A DNA stretch of 40,000 nucleotides from Pseudomonadota bacterium. Its GTDB lineage: Bacteria; Pseudomonadota; Gammaproteobacteria; Burkholderiales; Ferrovaceae. The position numbers were made by a program, and so were the translations under genes. Positions 16,318 through 25,615 of the stretch are shown piece by piece (the first letter of the stretch is position 1; each line of letters starts with the position of its first letter). The DNA lies in NCBI GenBank assembly GCA_021805445.1, contig JAJZFH010000047.1, positions 161,322 through 201,321 of the forward strand, in the 5' to 3' direction. The notes under the pieces are model-generated. The model worked only from the letters and a program-made list of their open reading frames with translations. It did no database searches and was not told the DNA's origin.

Positions 16318-16552
16318 TGCAGTCAAGAGAGAGGACGTATACACGCGGCCGATGCAGGCGTAAAAAAGGCCGGACGTTGCTGGCCTGGACGCTCGCCGGC
16401 TTAGTGAGTGGTCTTGACCGGCAGGGCGGGAGCTGAAATCGCCTGTTCTGCCCCCCCCAAGTGAGGTTGTTTAAGGCTGATTACAGAATTTGCAGATATC
16501 GTAACTGAATGATATTAATTGCAATTATTCGCGCCACAGTTTGAATTCGACC

Positions 16553-16597
16553 CTACGAACCAAGGGGTCGTGGGATCGAATCCTGCCGAGCGCGCCA
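16553..16597 (+). repeat. Direct repeat of the tRNA-Arg 3' half (att-like, 43/45 identical to 15327-15371)
   Basis: CTACGAACCAAGGGGTCGTGGGaTCGAATCCTGCCGaGCGCGCCA versus the tRNA CTACGAACCAAGGGGTCGTGGGtTCGAATCCTGCCGgGCGCGCCA. The 5' half of the tRNA is absent, so this copy is not a functional tRNA. Confidence 0.9.
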
Positions 16598-16604
16598 GAA
16601 TCAC

Positions 16605-17009
16605 ATGATCGCAGTGATGGGCATAGATCTGGATGGGTTCAAGGAGGTGAACGATACTTACGGGCATCTCGCAGGAGACGAGGTCCTGGTGAAGGCCGCA
16701 GGCCGCATCAGGGATTCGATCCGCGAATCAGACCTGCTGGCAAGGCCGGGGGGAGATGAATTCATCATCGTATTCGACAGACTGGAAAGAAGGGATCCGG
16801 CCTACTGTCTGGCGGAAACCATACTGCAGAAACTTTCCGAGGAGATGGAACTCCAGGGCCATCCTGTCGTGCTTGGCGCGAGCATCGGTATTGCATTTTA
16901 TCCGGATCACGGGACGAATCCGCAGGATCTTCTCAGGTACGCCGATCTTGCGCTTTACGAAGCGAAGCGGGACGGCAAAGGGTGTTTCAGATCCTTGGTG
17001 ATACCATGA
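16605..17009 (+). pseudogene. 5'-truncated diguanylate cyclase (GGDEF domain fragment only)
   Basis: 134-aa ORF starting inside the domain (..IAVMGIDLDGFKEVNDTYGHLAGDEVL..ARPGGDEFIIVF..ADLALYEAKRDGKG..). The N-terminal part of the GGDEF fold and any sensor domain are missing. An in-frame stop lies at 16542-16544, and the ORF begins 8 nt after the att-like repeat. Confidence 0.65.
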
Positions 17010-18037
17010 GGGCGTCCGCAATCATCTCCCTTGGGCGCGGCATACGTTCGATACCAATCAACGAACCGTTTCACGCCCTCCTCCACCGGCGTGTAGGAAG
17101 TGAAGTGGCAGTATTTTTCCAGTTCTTCGGTATTGGCTGCCGTAGCCATCACATCGCCTGGCTGCATGGGAAGAAGGTTTAGAATGGCTTTTCTGCCTGT
17201 AGCAACTTCGATGGCATGAATATAATCCATCAAAGGGGTGGGATGCTGGTTGCCTATATTGAAGAGTCGGTAAGGGGCCCAACTGGTGGCAGGGTCAGGA
17301 TGTTCTTTCTGAAAATGTTCATTGGGGGTGGCGGGTTTGTCCAGAACGCTCACAGTGCCCTCCACGATGTCATCGACGTATGTGAAGTCACGCACCATCT
17401 TCCCTTCGTTGTAAACATCGATCGGGGATCCTGCCAGGATGGCCTGGGTGAATTTGAACAGAGCCATGTCCGGGCGCCCCCAGGGACCGTAGACGGTGAA
17501 GAAACGGAGGCCCGTGGTGGGCAGATTGAATAGATGACTATAGGTATGGGCCATCAGTTCATTGGACTTTTTGGTGGCAGCATACAGACTGACGGGATGA
17601 TCGACGGCATGGTGCTCGGAAAAAGGCAGTTGAGTGTTGCCGCCATAGACACTGGAACTGCTGGCATAGACCAGATGTTCGACGGAATGGTGGCGACAAC
17701 CTTCCAGGATATTCAGAAAACCCTGGATATTCGCATTGATATACGCCTGGGGATGCTGCAGTGAGTGGCGCACCCCCGCTTGGGCGGCCAGGTTCACGAC
17801 CCTCCGGGGCTTTTCCTGGACGAAGAGTGCCTGCATGGCTGCTCCATCGGCAATATCGAGCCGATGAAAAGTGAAGTTTCCATAGGACGTGAGACGGGCC
17901 AGACGTGCTTCCTTGAGGGAAACGTCGTAGTAGTCATTGAGATTGTCCACCCCGACCACCTCATCCCCCCGCTCCAGAAGACGTCTGGAAACCTGCATGC
18001 CGATGAATCCGGCGCAACCTGTAAGAAGTATTTTCAT
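16955..18037 (-). CDS. NAD-dependent epimerase (UDP-glucuronate 4-epimerase-like extended SDR)
   Basis: MKILLTGCAGFIGMQV.. (GxxGxxG), ..YASSSSVYG.., ..YAATKKSNE.. (YxxxK) and ..RFFTVYGPWGRPDMA.., typical of the UDP-GlcA/GalA 4-epimerase clade. The C-terminus runs about 25 aa beyond the usual ..FVDWYRTY.. end and overlaps the GGDEF fragment by 55 nt. Confidence 0.88.
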   Translation of the reverse strand: MKILLTGCAGFIGMQVSRRLLERGDEVVGVDNLNDYYDVSLKEARLARLTSYGNFTFHRLDIADGAAMQALFVQEKPRRVVNLAAQAGVRHSLQHPQAYINANIQGFLNILEGCRHHSVEHLVYASSSSVYGGNTQLPFSEHHAVDHPVSLYAATKKSNELMAHTYSHLFNLPTTGLRFFTVYGPWGRPDMALFKFTQAILAGSPIDVYNEGKMVRDFTYVDDIVEGTVSVLDKPATPNEHFQKEHPDPATSWAPYRLFNIGNQHPTPLMDYIHAIEVATGRKAILNLLPMQPGDVMATAANTEELEKYCHFTSYTPVEEGVKRFVDWYRTYAAPKGDDCGRPHGITKDLKHPLPSRFAS

Positions 18038-18050
18038 CGATGATTTCAGA

Positions 18051-19484
18051 TTACTTTTTTTTGCCCTTGCGTGCCGCCAGTTCTGCCTTGATTTCGCTCA
18101 TCGTGGCTTCCACCTGGGACTTTTGATAGAAGTCTCCGTCGCCCGCTCCCAGGGCAATCTGGAGTTGATCCATGGCTGCACTGGGATTATCCAGCAACAG
18201 ATAGGCCTGGGCCAGAGCCTCGTGACTCATCATCTGCTGGTTCAGCGCAGCATAGGCTTGAGACTGGAATTCATACAACTGCTCATCGCTGCTGGTGAGT
18301 GCGATTCGTTCATTGATGATCTTGAGTGCCTGGACCGGCAACCCCGCGATCAACAGAGCCGAGATATACCCGTAATTGAGCGCGCGCTCATCGGGAAAGC
18401 GTTGCAATCCGTGTTGAAACTGGAGAATGGCCTGATGCACATGCCCCGAGTCCAGGGTAATCTGAGCGTGCAGACTGTCAAACAAGGCATTGGGAGGAGA
18501 AACGGCACGCACCTGTTTGAGCAGGGACTGAGCCTCTTCATAATCACGATTACGCCAAAGCGCAACCGCCTTGCCGTAGAGCAGAGGAACTTCCTCGGGG
18601 CGATGGATATCGTAGTCATGGTTCTGAAAACTCTCCAGTGCTTCATGAGGAGTTCCTACCAGAGCCTGAATACGGGCCTTGATGAGAGCAAAATCGGGGC
18701 CATCCTGAACTTGCCGGTAAGGAACGTTCTGCAGCCTGTCCTGTATTTCAGCCAAACGCTCGGTAGTCAGGGGGTGAGTCTGGAGAAAAGCAGGAGCTCC
18801 TTCATAGAAGCGACCATAACGCCCCAACTTGGTAAAAAACGTCGCCATGGCACGAGGGTCGTAGTCGGTCTTGAGGAGGCGACGAATCCCCAGGCGATCG
18901 GCTTCCCGTTCATTCCCCCGAGAAAAGTTCAGTTGGGCCTGGACCATTCCGGCCTGCGCTCCCACCACCCCACCCATGGCCCCATCAGGGCTGCTCCGCG
19001 CCGCCAGAATGGCCGCCGCCATGGCCGCCAGAGACAGAGGCAAATTCTTGTTCTGGTCCTCCATGGCACGGGCAATGTGGTGCTGGGTGACGTGGGAGAT
19101 TTCGTGGGCCAGTACCGAGGCCAGTTCAGACTCATTGTCCGCCGCTTCGATCAGGGCCGTATGTACCCCGATGAAACCACCGGGCAAGGCGAAGGCATTG
19201 AGGGTGGGATCTTCCAGGATAAAAAATTCGAAGTGATGCTGATCTCCCAGATCATCGCTCACTGCCAGAAGGCGGTGACCCACCGAACTGACAAAATCCA
19301 CGCTCTCCGGATCATTGAAATAGGACGGATCGGCGCGGATTTCCTGCATCACCTGGCGCCCCAGAGCCATTTCGTCCTTGCTTGACAGAGTCATGGAAGA
19401 ACTGTCGCCCAGATCGGGCAACTCGTAAGCCATCAGGTGCACGGACAGCAGGCTGGCACAAAGAAAAAGGAACCATCGTTTCAT
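18051..19484 (-). CDS. M48-family periplasmic metalloprotease with TPR repeats (BepA/YfgC-like)
   Basis: Signal peptide MKRWFLFLCASLLSVHLMA, the zinc motif ..VLAHEISHVTQHH.. (HExxH), and a C-terminal TPR-like half (..YGKAVALWRNRDYEEAQSLLKQ..). Confidence 0.8.
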   Translation of the reverse strand: MKRWFLFLCASLLSVHLMAYELPDLGDSSSMTLSSKDEMALGRQVMQEIRADPSYFNDPESVDFVSSVGHRLLAVSDDLGDQHHFEFFILEDPTLNAFALPGGFIGVHTALIEAADNESELASVLAHEISHVTQHHIARAMEDQNKNLPLSLAAMAAAILAARSSPDGAMGGVVGAQAGMVQAQLNFSRGNEREADRLGIRRLLKTDYDPRAMATFFTKLGRYGRFYEGAPAFLQTHPLTTERLAEIQDRLQNVPYRQVQDGPDFALIKARIQALVGTPHEALESFQNHDYDIHRPEEVPLLYGKAVALWRNRDYEEAQSLLKQVRAVSPPNALFDSLHAQITLDSGHVHQAILQFQHGLQRFPDERALNYGYISALLIAGLPVQALKIINERIALTSSDEQLYEFQSQAYAALNQQMMSHEALAQAYLLLDNPSAAMDQLQIALGAGDGDFYQKSQVEATMSEIKAELAARKGKKK

Positions 19485-19553
19485 GGTGCTTATGATACCT
19501 CACCCAAGGCAGTTTTCGCGGCCCCCCTTGGGGGTATGACTTGCCCTCCTGCG

Positions 19554-22268
19554 TCAGAGGGCAGCCAGACGTGCCAACTGGATTTCCACCTCGGCCAGGG
19601 AGTGACTGAAGCGGACCAAACGTTCGCGTTCCTGGGCAACCACGGAAACAGGCGCACGATCCACGAAACCGGGGTTGCCAAGTTTGGCGCTACAGCGCTC
19701 CACTTCGATCTTGGTCTTGTCCCGTTGTTTGGTCAGACGCTCGATTTCTGCGGGAATGTCCACCCGCACCTGTAATTGCATCTGAAGATGTTCCACCGTC
19801 ACCACCGGAGCCTCCGTCGACAGCAGGGGCGTGGCGCTGGCGTCCACCCCCGTGAGGCGTGCCAGATGCATCAGATAATGTTCCATACCGAGGAGCGCCT
19901 GCGTTGCCCCCGCCACTTTGAGAGGCAGTCGCTCTGCCGGACTGATGTTCATTTCTCCACGCAAGGTACGGCAACCGTTGACCCACGCCTTGAGACGTTC
20001 CATCGCCTCGTTGGCGGCCGGATCGGGGGCCAACGCAGGTTGCGGAAACGGCTGCAAGGCAATGCTGGAGCCCACGGCTTCCGGGGGGGCCACCTGCTGC
20101 CACAACTCCTCCGTGATGAAAGGCATCAGGGGGTGGGTCAGACGCAGAGCCGTTTCCAGAATCGAGCGCAATGTGGCATGGGTGGTGACCGCCGTGTCGG
20201 GGTTGGCCAACTGGGTCTTGGCCAGTTCCACATACCAGTCACAGAAGTCCTCCCATATGAATTCGTAGAGGGCACGCGCCACCGAATCAAATCGGTACTG
20301 AGCGAAATGCTCGTGAACCGCCCGAATGGTGGCATCGAGACGCTGTCCAATCCATCGGTCCGCCACCGTCGCTGCCCGAGCCGGCCCCTCCGGGGTCTCC
20401 TGCATCAGAACGAAGCGCGTGGCATTCCACAACTTGTTGCAAAAATTTCGATAGCCATCACAGCGTTGCAGATCAAACTTGATATCTCTTCCATGAGTGG
20501 CAAGACTGGCAAAGGTAAAACGCAGGGCATCGGTACCGAAGGCTGGAATGCCCTGAGGAAATTCGGCGCGCGTGGCCTTTTCGATCTTTTCTGCCTGACG
20601 AGGATCCATGAGGTGGGCAGTACGCTTGGCGACCAGAGATTCCAGATCGATCCCCTCGATCAGATCGAGGGGATCCAGCACGTTGCCACGGGACTTGCTC
20701 ATTTTGTGACCTTGGGCATCGCGCACCAGACCGGTGACAAAAACCTCCCGGAAGGGTACCTGTCCGGTGAAATGGGTGGTCATCATGACCATGCGGGCCA
20801 CCCAGAAGAAAATGATGTCGAAGCCCGTCACCAACACGCTGCTGGGCAGGAACTGGTGCAGTTCCGGGGTATTCTCCGGCCAACCCAGGGTAGAAAAGGG
20901 CCAGAGCGCCGAGGAGAACCAGGTATCGAGCACGTCGTCGTCCTGGCGCAGGGGTTTCCCGGCCTGTCGTTCCGCCTCCTGCTGGTTATCGGCCACATAG
21001 ACTCGTCCCTCATCATCGTACCAGGCAGGAATCCGGTGACCCCACCATAATTGTCGGGAAATGCACCAATGTTGCAAGTTTCCCAGCCAATGCTCGTAGG
21101 TGTGGACCCAATTCCCCGGCACAAACCGGATCTGTCCCTCATGCACCACGCGCAAGGCTTCCTGGCCCATGAGTTCGGTATCGAGAAACCATTGATCCGA
21201 AAGCATGGGTTCGATCACTGCGCCACTACGATCACCGCGCGGAATCATCAGGGTATGGGGTTTCACTTCGGCCAGCAGATTCCGGGCCGCCAAGTCGTCG
21301 ATGAGCCGCTGACGGGCGCGAAAACGTTCCAGCCCACGATATTCAGGGGGCACCTGATCGTTCAAGTGGGCATCCGGGGTAAAGATATTGAGAGGCGTCA
21401 ATCCATGCCGCTTGCCCATCTGATAATCATTGAAATCATGGGCCGGGGTGATCTTGACACAGCCCGTGCCGAAGGTAGGGTCCACCGCATCATCGGCAAT
21501 CACCGGAATGGTGCGATCAGTCAGGGGCAAATGAAGAGCGTGTCCGATGAGATCGCGATAACGCTCGTCGGCTGGGTGCACGGCCACGGCCACATCGCCC
21601 AGCAGGGTTTCGGGGCGGGTGGTGGCCACGACCAGATAGCCCTGGCCATCCACGCGGGGATAGCGGATATGCCAAAGATGCCCGGATTCTTCGTGGGCCT
21701 CCACTTCCAGGTCGGACACCGCCGTCTGCAGGTGAGGATCCCAATTGACCAGACGCTGGCCACGGTAGATCAACCCTTCCCGATACAGGTGAACGAATAC
21801 CTGGGTGACGGCCCGACTGAGGTCCTCGTCCAGAGTGAAACGCTCGCGAGTCCAGTCACAGGAACTGCCCAGGCGCCGCATTTGCCGGGTGATGGTGGAA
21901 CCGGACTGTTCCTTCCACTGCCAGACCCGCTCCAGAAAGGCCTCCCTCCCCAAAGTGTCACGCCTTTCCCCCCTGGCTTCCAGTTGACGTTCCACCAGCA
22001 TCTGGGTGGCAATCCCTGCATGATCCGTCCCCGCCTGCCACAGCACGTTCTCGCCCTTCATTCGATGGTAACGAATCAGGGCATCCATGAGGGTATGCTG
22101 AAAAGCGTGCCCCATATGCAATGTCCCCGTCACGTTGGGCGGTGGCAACAGGATGCAGTAAGCCTGGGCTTGGGAATCGAGGGAAGGCTTGAAATCACCG
22201 CGCGCTTCCCAGATGGGGTACCAGCGCGCCTCGATGGCCTGAGGATCAAAACTTTTGGCAAGACTCAT
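19554..22268 (-). CDS. valS: Valine--tRNA ligase
   Basis: Class I aaRS signatures ..[15 protein letters not shown].. (HIGH) and ..KMSKSRGN.. (KMSKS), the CP1 editing region and a C-terminal coiled coil. The ATG at 22268 (MSLAKSFDP..) is preferred over the TTG at 22277. Confidence 0.95.
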   Translation of the reverse strand: MSLAKSFDPQAIEARWYPIWEARGDFKPSLDSQAQAYCILLPPPNVTGTLHMGHAFQHTLMDALIRYHRMKGENVLWQAGTDHAGIATQMLVERQLEARGERRDTLGREAFLERVWQWKEQSGSTITRQMRRLGSSCDWTRERFTLDEDLSRAVTQVFVHLYREGLIYRGQRLVNWDPHLQTAVSDLEVEAHEESGHLWHIRYPRVDGQGYLVVATTRPETLLGDVAVAVHPADERYRDLIGHALHLPLTDRTIPVIADDAVDPTFGTGCVKITPAHDFNDYQMGKRHGLTPLNIFTPDAHLNDQVPPEYRGLERFRARQRLIDDLAARNLLAEVKPHTLMIPRGDRSGAVIEPMLSDQWFLDTELMGQEALRVVHEGQIRFVPGNWVHTYEHWLGNLQHWCISRQLWWGHRIPAWYDDEGRVYVADNQQEAERQAGKPLRQDDDVLDTWFSSALWPFSTLGWPENTPELHQFLPSSVLVTGFDIIFFWVARMVMMTTHFTGQVPFREVFVTGLVRDAQGHKMSKSRGNVLDPLDLIEGIDLESLVAKRTAHLMDPRQAEKIEKATRAEFPQGIPAFGTDALRFTFASLATHGRDIKFDLQRCDGYRNFCNKLWNATRFVLMQETPEGPARAATVADRWIGQRLDATIRAVHEHFAQYRFDSVARALYEFIWEDFCDWYVELAKTQLANPDTAVTTHATLRSILETALRLTHPLMPFITEELWQQVAPPEAVGSSIALQPFPQPALAPDPAANEAMERLKAWVNGCRTLRGEMNISPAERLPLKVAGATQALLGMEHYLMHLARLTGVDASATPLLSTEAPVVTVEHLQMQLQVRVDIPAEIERLTKQRDKTKIEVERCSAKLGNPGFVDRAPVSVVAQERERLVRFSHSLAEVEIQLARLAAL

Positions 22269-22305
22269 GGGAAACAATCCAGTAATTAAAGGTAGGGCTC
22301 AGGAC

Positions 22306-22734
22306 TCAAAAACGATGGTTCGCCAGATTATGGGCCTGCACTTCAAAACCCCGCTGACGATAGAAGCGGAAGCGCTCCCGTGCCAGCGCCGCATCCTGAT
22401 CGGCCTGGCTGACAATTTCCGCCAGACGTTCGAAACGGGCAAAATACAGCGGTGGGTCCGAACGCAGGTTGATCAATACCCGGTGCGAGCGTGGTTCCAT
22501 TTCCAGGGCATCGATGACGATCGGGGTTTCGGCTGCCAGTGCGTGATCAGACCGGCAATGGGGCACAAATTCGGCCTGCGGATGGGTCCACAGCCTCTGG
22601 TCCAACTGCTGAGCCATGACTTCGTCCGGCACCCGCAACCACACCGGCAATCCTTGCGCCCATGCCTTGCAGGTCAACTGGATGGCCACCGGCACCTTAT
22701 CCGCCACATGGGTATAAAAATCGATGCGGGTCAC
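22306..22734 (-). CDS. holC: DNA polymerase III chi subunit
   Basis: 142-aa product (V)TRIDFYTHVADKV..AIQLTCKAWAQGLPVWLRVPDE..AQQLDQRLWT.., typical of HolC. The GTG start at 22734 lies 2 nt after the pepA stop. pepA-holC-valS synteny matches that of enterobacteria. The longer track ORF (to 22971) would overlap pepA. Confidence 0.8.
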   Translation of the reverse strand: MTRIDFYTHVADKVPVAIQLTCKAWAQGLPVWLRVPDEVMAQQLDQRLWTHPQAEFVPHCRSDHALAAETPIVIDALEMEPRSHRVLINLRSDPPLYFARFERLAEIVSQADQDAALARERFRFYRQRGFEVQAHNLANHRF

Positions 22735-22736
22735 CC

Positions 22737-24221
22737 TTACCCCTGACAGCGCTGTTGCAGAAAACGGCAAAACAACCGGACAGGGCGACCCGTGGCTCCC
22801 TTTTCCTTGCCACTGCGCCAAGCCACGCCGGCGATATCCAGATGAGCCCAACGGTAACGTTTGGTGTAATACGCCAAAAAACTCGCCGCCGTGAGGGTCC
22901 CGGCAGGACGACCCGCCACGTTGGCCATGTCCGCAAAGTTGCTCTTCAACCCTTCCTGGTACTCTTCCCACAAGGGCAAAGGCCAGGCACGATCGCCACT
23001 GTAATCACCTGCCGCTTGCAATTCATTGCGCAGAACCTCGTCATTCGCCATCAGCCCTGCAGCTTCATGCCCCAGAGCAATGACACAGGCTCCTGTCAGG
23101 GTCGCCACATCCACCACCACGGCTGGTTCGAACCGTTCGGCGTAGGTCAGGGCATCGCACAGGATCAGACGCCCTTCCGCATCGGTATTGAGAATCTCGA
23201 TGGTTTGTCCCGACAAACTCTTGACCACGTCGCCAGGGCGGGTGGCTCCGCCTCCCGGCATGTTCTCACAGGTGGGAATGAGCGCCACGACATTCAAGGG
23301 CAATTTCATTTCGGCCAGTGCACGCATCGTCCCCAGAACGCTGGCTGCGCCGCACATGTCAAATTTCATCTCATCCATCTCTGGCGCTGGCTTCAAGGAT
23401 ATCCCGCCCGTGTCGAAGGTGATACCCTTGCCGACCAGCACCACCGGTTTGGCTTTGGCCTTACCCCCGGCGTATTCCATGATGATGAACTGGGGAGGAC
23501 GATGGCTTCCCGCCGTCACAGCCAGTAATGCGCCCATGCCCAACTTTTCCATATCGGCGCGGTCCAGCACACGCACTTTGAGCCCCCAGTCCTTGCCCAT
23601 GGCCTGCGCCGTTTCCGCCAGATGGGTGGGCGTACACAGATTGGGGGGCAAATTACCCAGATCACGCGTCAGATCGGTTCCGTTGGCCACCGCCTGGGCT
23701 TGTTCCACAAAACCCTGGGCTTTTTTGAGCGACAGGGAGGAAGGCGCCAAGAGGGTAGTCTTTTTCCAGTGAGAAGGCGATTCCGGGGTCTGGGTCTGTT
23801 TTTGGATACGGTAGTGCTGCTCCCTCAGGGTCAGAACGGTCTGTTCCAGTACCCAGGCGCTGTCTCGTCCCGGCACCTCCAACTCGGTCAGGGTACAAAG
23901 CACCTCCTTGACAGCGGTACTCGCCAGAGCCTGCTCCATGGAACACACCAGGGTGCGGTAAGTGCGGTCCTTGAGTGGGTCGCTGCCCACTTCAACCAGC
24001 AGCACACGGCTCGCCGTCACTCCCTTGAGCCCAGGTAACAGGAGAGTTTTGCCCGCTTCCGCAGTCAGGTCGCCACGTTTGAGAATCTGCGTCAACTGAC
24101 CTTCGCTCGCTTGTTCGAGGGCCTGGGCAGCGGGCGTCAGACAACGGCCTTCCGTCACCGGAATGACGACACAGGCAGTCTTGATTGAAGCCGGATGCGC
24201 TACTTTGAGTGTAAATTCCAC
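22737..24221 (-). CDS. pepA: Leucyl aminopeptidase (M17)
   Basis: ..VLVGKGITFDTGGISLKP.., ..MKFDMCGAASVLG.. and ..NTDAEGRLILCDALTYA.. (the M17 metal-ligand signature). The GTG at 24221 (VEFTLKV..) is preceded by GGGAGA. The track ORF reaches 24293. Confidence 0.92.
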   Translation of the reverse strand: MEFTLKVAHPASIKTACVVIPVTEGRCLTPAAQALEQASEGQLTQILKRGDLTAEAGKTLLLPGLKGVTASRVLLVEVGSDPLKDRTYRTLVCSMEQALASTAVKEVLCTLTELEVPGRDSAWVLEQTVLTLREQHYRIQKQTQTPESPSHWKKTTLLAPSSLSLKKAQGFVEQAQAVANGTDLTRDLGNLPPNLCTPTHLAETAQAMGKDWGLKVRVLDRADMEKLGMGALLAVTAGSHRPPQFIIMEYAGGKAKAKPVVLVGKGITFDTGGISLKPAPEMDEMKFDMCGAASVLGTMRALAEMKLPLNVVALIPTCENMPGGGATRPGDVVKSLSGQTIEILNTDAEGRLILCDALTYAERFEPAVVVDVATLTGACVIALGHEAAGLMANDEVLRNELQAAGDYSGDRAWPLPLWEEYQEGLKSNFADMANVAGRPAGTLTAASFLAYYTKRYRWAHLDIAGVAWRSGKEKGATGRPVRLFCRFLQQRCQG

Positions 24222-24330
24222 GGGGTTTCTCCCTAAGAGGTCATGACCTGAGATAAAGCGGGAGATTATCCCGCCATCTCGGATTGAAGTCAAAAAGCAG
24301 GGCCGGAATTTCCACCAACCCCAACGGATC

Positions 24331-25452
24331 TCACGGAGTTTCCGCTCGCTCCCGGATCTCCCGGGAACGACGTTGGCCCATCCACCAACGCCAGGACCAG
24401 ACGCGCTGACGTTGCTGCAACCAAATCCATGCCACGGCCAAAAAGAGCAGGTGCACGGGCCACAGTCCGATCCAGAAAGGCAGTTTTCCTTGCGCTACCC
24501 AGGCCTGGGCAATACTCATGCAGTTGTAATACACCATGTAGGCCAGCAGGGCAAAGATCATGTTGGTGGAACGCCCACCCCGCACATTGATATAGGACAG
24601 GGGAACAGAGAACACGGCCAGTACCAGCAGGCTCAGCGGCAACCCCAGGCGCCAATGCAATTCCCCCCACCCTTCCAGGGAGGGCTTGCGAATCAGGTCC
24701 TGAGCCGACATGGACTTGACCGAAAGGGTTGCCGCCGTCACCCCGTGCTGATCGATGCGCAGGCGCGCCTGCTCAAAATCCACCAGACGATAGTTGAGCG
24801 TGCCCGGTTCTCCCTCATAACGACGTCCACGTTGCAACACCACGAAACGATCTCCATTGGGCTCCGTCGCAATATAACCACTGTCCGCCGCGATCACGCC
24901 CACCTGATGGCCCTGAACAGACTGAACGAAGACATTGGAAACCTTTTCCTTGCTTTGGGATAGGGCATCCACGAAAAATACCTGATCCGATTGATGCGAC
25001 TCACGGAACACACCGGGGGTGATCTGGGAAGTATCGTCCTGAACATCCAGTTGTTTCTGATACTGGACCTTCTGTCCAATGGCCCAGGGCGCAATGACCA
25101 GACTGAGAAGAGCCACCACCAGGACCATGGGTACCGTGAAGCGCAATACCGGGCCGAGAAAACGGTTCAGGCTGACCCCGGCACTCTGCCAGATGATCAT
25201 TTCCGAGTCGCGGTAAAAACGGGTCAAGGCCAGCAGCAGTGCAGTAAAGATGGAGGCAGACAACAGCACGGGCAGGTAGGTCAGGGAACCGAAGGCCAAC
25301 ATGGCCATCACCGCACTGCCCGACAGAGTGCCTCCGGCAGCCAATCCCAGCAACTTGACCAAACTGACGGTCAGCAGGATGGCCAGCAGAACAACCATGG
25401 TCATCAATGCCGTGCGCGCAAACTCCTTGCGTAAGAGCCGACTGAAGAGCAT
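24331..25452 (-). CDS. lptF: LPS export ABC transporter permease, LptF-type
   Basis: 373-aa YjgP/YjgQ-family ORF. The N-terminus MLFSRLLRKEFARTAL.. and ..FYRDSEMIIWQSAGVS.. parallel E. coli LptF (recalled from memory) rather than LptG. It has six predicted TM helices and a central periplasmic domain. Confidence 0.8.
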   Translation of the reverse strand: MLFSRLLRKEFARTALMTMVVLLAILLTVSLVKLLGLAAGGTLSGSAVMAMLAFGSLTYLPVLLSASIFTALLLALTRFYRDSEMIIWQSAGVSLNRFLGPVLRFTVPMVLVVALLSLVIAPWAIGQKVQYQKQLDVQDDTSQITPGVFRESHQSDQVFFVDALSQSKEKVSNVFVQSVQGHQVGVIAADSGYIATEPNGDRFVVLQRGRRYEGEPGTLNYRLVDFEQARLRIDQHGVTAATLSVKSMSAQDLIRKPSLEGWGELHWRLGLPLSLLVLAVFSVPLSYINVRGGRSTNMIFALLAYMVYYNCMSIAQAWVAQGKLPFWIGLWPVHLLFLAVAWIWLQQRQRVWSWRWWMGQRRSREIRERAETP

Positions 25453-25554
25453 GATGTCCCCTGAACCCGATAGTCCGCTATTCTACCAAGAAGCGTGGAA
25501 CTGGCGTTGCGTCATATGCGCACCTTAAATCTGTCCGAAGTCCCGGCTATGGGT

Positions 25555-25582
25555 TTCACTCAAACCAGTTTCGCTATAGAAT
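25555..25582 (+). promoter_or_regulatory. Possible sigma70 promoter for aceE (TTCACT-16 nt-TAGAAT)
   Basis: Sequence match only. The -10 element sits inside a 5-bp inverted repeat, CGCTA-tagaatc-TAGCG. Confidence 0.3.
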
Positions 25583-25615
25583 CTAGCGAATTTTGAGTAA
25601 AAACGAGGCTCGAGC

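Larger units (their letters stand above)
15372..16597. mobile_element. Degraded tRNA-Arg-associated integrative island remnant (about 1.2 kb)
   Basis: It is bounded by the tRNA-Arg 3' half (15327-15371) and a 45-nt direct repeat of it (16553-16597, 43/45 identical). It contains a tyrosine-recombinase C-terminal stump and a toxin-antitoxin pair. The TA DNA is visibly more GC-rich than its flanks (hand count 44/60 G+C at 15681-15740 versus 22/60 at 15381-15440). Confidence 0.65.

Noticed and set aside
17937-19385. 482-aa plus-strand ORF antisense to the BepA-like protease
   Set aside because: It is an antisense artefact. The sense strand carries a signal peptide, an HExxH motif and TPR features.
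19776-22289. Two long plus-strand ORFs (424 and 412 aa) antisense to valS
   Set aside because: They are antisense artefacts. valS is unambiguous, with HIGH and KMSKS motifs present.
22735-22971. N-terminal extension of the holC ORF (221 aa in the track)
   Set aside because: It would overlap the pepA 3' end by about 235 nt and encodes R/G-rich sequence. HolC-like sequence starts at the GTG at 22734, immediately after the pepA stop.
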